From contig NW_027117338.1 of assembly GCF_038025025.1 (NCBI RefSeq), positions 3,348,001-3,412,000 on the forward strand: a stretch of 64,000 nucleotides of DNA. The letters run 5' to 3'. This DNA comes from Phyllosticta citribraziliensis. Its lineage: Eukaryota. Both the position numbers and the translations under genes were made by a program. The notes below the pieces were generated by a model. The model did no database searches, was not told the origin of the DNA, and saw nothing but the letters and a program-made list of their open reading frames with translations. Position 1 is the stretch's first letter. Each line of letters begins with the position of its first letter. Shown here piece by piece: positions 62,517 through 64,000 of the stretch.

Positions 62517-63941
62517 ATGGCTGCTCCCTGTACGCTTGCCCGGGCCGTGCCCCAGATCTCGAGGCCGAATAGAGCGAGAGCTTTCAGCATTTCCTCGTCC
62601 ACACAAGCCAGGAAGTCTCAGGCTCAAGCTACACCCAGGGCTTCACCACCCAGGATCCCCCCAAAAGCCCTGGAGTACCGAAATGCCTCCCGCCAAAGGA
62701 TCATCGCAAAGAAGGACCCAAAGCAACGTTCTCCAATGGACGCCGCCTCTGCACTAATCCGCAAAAGAGCTGCACGCCCAGATGTCAATCTTCTCGCCCC
62801 AGTCCATACTCCAGAGGATCCTCATGGTCTCCTAAAGCCCAACCACCCGGCAGCCTCAATTCTGCAAAACTCATCTATCATTGTGCAGCGCCAGATGGAG
62901 ATTATGAACGTCTTGATCGGATTCGAACAAGCCAACCGATACGTCATATTGGACCCCCAAGGAAAGCACATTGGGTATCTGGTCGAGCATGATGGCGGCA
63001 TCGGGGAGCAATTCTCAAGACAAACTTTTAGGACTCATCGCGCCTTTACAACTCATGTCTTCGACGCGCGGGAGCGGGAAGTCCTCCGCTTTCATCGCCC
63101 ATTCAGCTGGTTGAACTCCACTATTGGCGTTTACGACCCCTTCGATGCCGCGAAACCACAACCTACTCCGGAGGAACTGAGCAAAGGATTGTCTGACGCC
63201 TCCACGATGCCATTGGTTGGAGCCACCCAGCAGCAGTGGGCGCCACTCCGCCGCAAGTACCAAATGTTCACAACGATTCCTCGACATCTCACCGAGTCAA
63301 AGACCATGTCACCATTGTCACCAGCGCTCGACCTGCCCGATGACCTGAAGTTCCGGGAACGCAAATCGCATTCACTTTCGCGGTTCGCCTACGTCAACGA
63401 GGGGGCATTTTCTTGGGACTTTACACTACGAGACAACGATGACAACACCGTTGGCTCAGTCAATCGCGCTTGGCGCGGCGCGGCACGAGAAATCTTGACC
63501 GACACGGGTGTATATGCGCTCCGCATGGACTCTGTCGCCGAACACCAACAGCCTCAAGAGGAACCCGTGGGTATGACCCTCGACGAACGCGCCGTCATGC
63601 TTGCCACGGCCGTGAGTATAGACTTTGACTACTTCAGCCGCCACAGCAGCACGTTCGGATTCATTCCAATTCCCATCTGGATACCTGGAATCGGAGGAGA
63701 AGCCGTCGCAGGCGGAGCGGGTGTTGGTCTGGGCGGCCTTGAAGCTACTGAGGGCGCCATCGGAGCCGCGGGAGCTGCGGGTGCAATGTCTGCTTTCCGT
63801 CGCCAACATCCACAGCCTGGGGATGGCGAGGATTGGGGAAAGGAAGACCCTTGGGACAAGGGTAGTGGTGGCGGCGACGGCGGAGTCAGCGGTGGTGATG
63901 GCGGTGGTGATGGAGGCTTCGACATTGGAGATTTCTTCTGA
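62517..63941 (+). CDS. AIM25: Mitochondrial phospholipid-scramblase-family protein Aim25
   Basis: Presequence, then RQMEIMNVLIGFEQANRY, RQTFRTHRAF, QQWAPLRRKY, FSWDF, TDTGVY, TLDERAVMLATAVSIDFDYFSRHS. Confidence 0.9.
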   Translation: MAAPCTLARAVPQISRPNRARAFSISSSTQARKSQAQATPRASPPRIPPKALEYRNASRQRIIAKKDPKQRSPMDAASALIRKRAARPDVNLLAPVHTPEDPHGLLKPNHPAASILQNSSIIVQRQMEIMNVLIGFEQANRYVILDPQGKHIGYLVEHDGGIGEQFSRQTFRTHRAFTTHVFDAREREVLRFHRPFSWLNSTIGVYDPFDAAKPQPTPEELSKGLSDASTMPLVGATQQQWAPLRRKYQMFTTIPRHLTESKTMSPLSPALDLPDDLKFRERKSHSLSRFAYVNEGAFSWDFTLRDNDDNTVGSVNRAWRGAAREILTDTGVYALRMDSVAEHQQPQEEPVGMTLDERAVMLATAVSIDFDYFSRHSSTFGFIPIPIWIPGIGGEAVAGGAGVGLGGLEATEGAIGAAGAAGAMSAFRRQHPQPGDGEDWGKEDPWDKGSGGGDGGVSGGDGGGDGGFDIGDFF

Positions 63942-64000
63942 ACTGGATCTGGCCTTTTGCTCCCACGGACCGTGTCGATGTCCGGGTCTATTACTCGCAC

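Overview
A 64-kb gene-dense window from a filamentous ascomycete (Pezizomycotina): intron-rich genes with GT-AG/CTRAC signals and a RIP-mutated repeat. About 24 protein-coding loci are supportable. Housekeeping genes include UBC7, MRP7, a Sid1/SepL-type kinase, calcineurin A, an FMO, RRP15, SRP54, SEN2 and AIM25. Accessory genes include a hydantoinase-DUF917 fusion, a CorA-like protein head-to-head with a PNP_UDP-NACHT-ankyrin NLR, an afeA/tmpA-like divergent pair, a PTH11-like receptor, a 1735-aa OB-fold protein, two SRPK-like kinases (one degenerate) and a secreted protein with a possible RNase-like fold. Non-coding features missed by the ORF track: a C/D snoRNA (snR79-like) in the SEN2 5'-leader intron, a 583-bp TIR/TSD-bounded RIP'd element, and three stem-rich candidate structured RNAs (a ~1-kb region at 13.1-14.1 kb, the 363-nt afeA intron, and ~320 nt upstream of AIM25). 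Family calls come from recalled motifs and stems from manual inspection; no searches or folding programs were run, and exon boundaries were inferred by eye.
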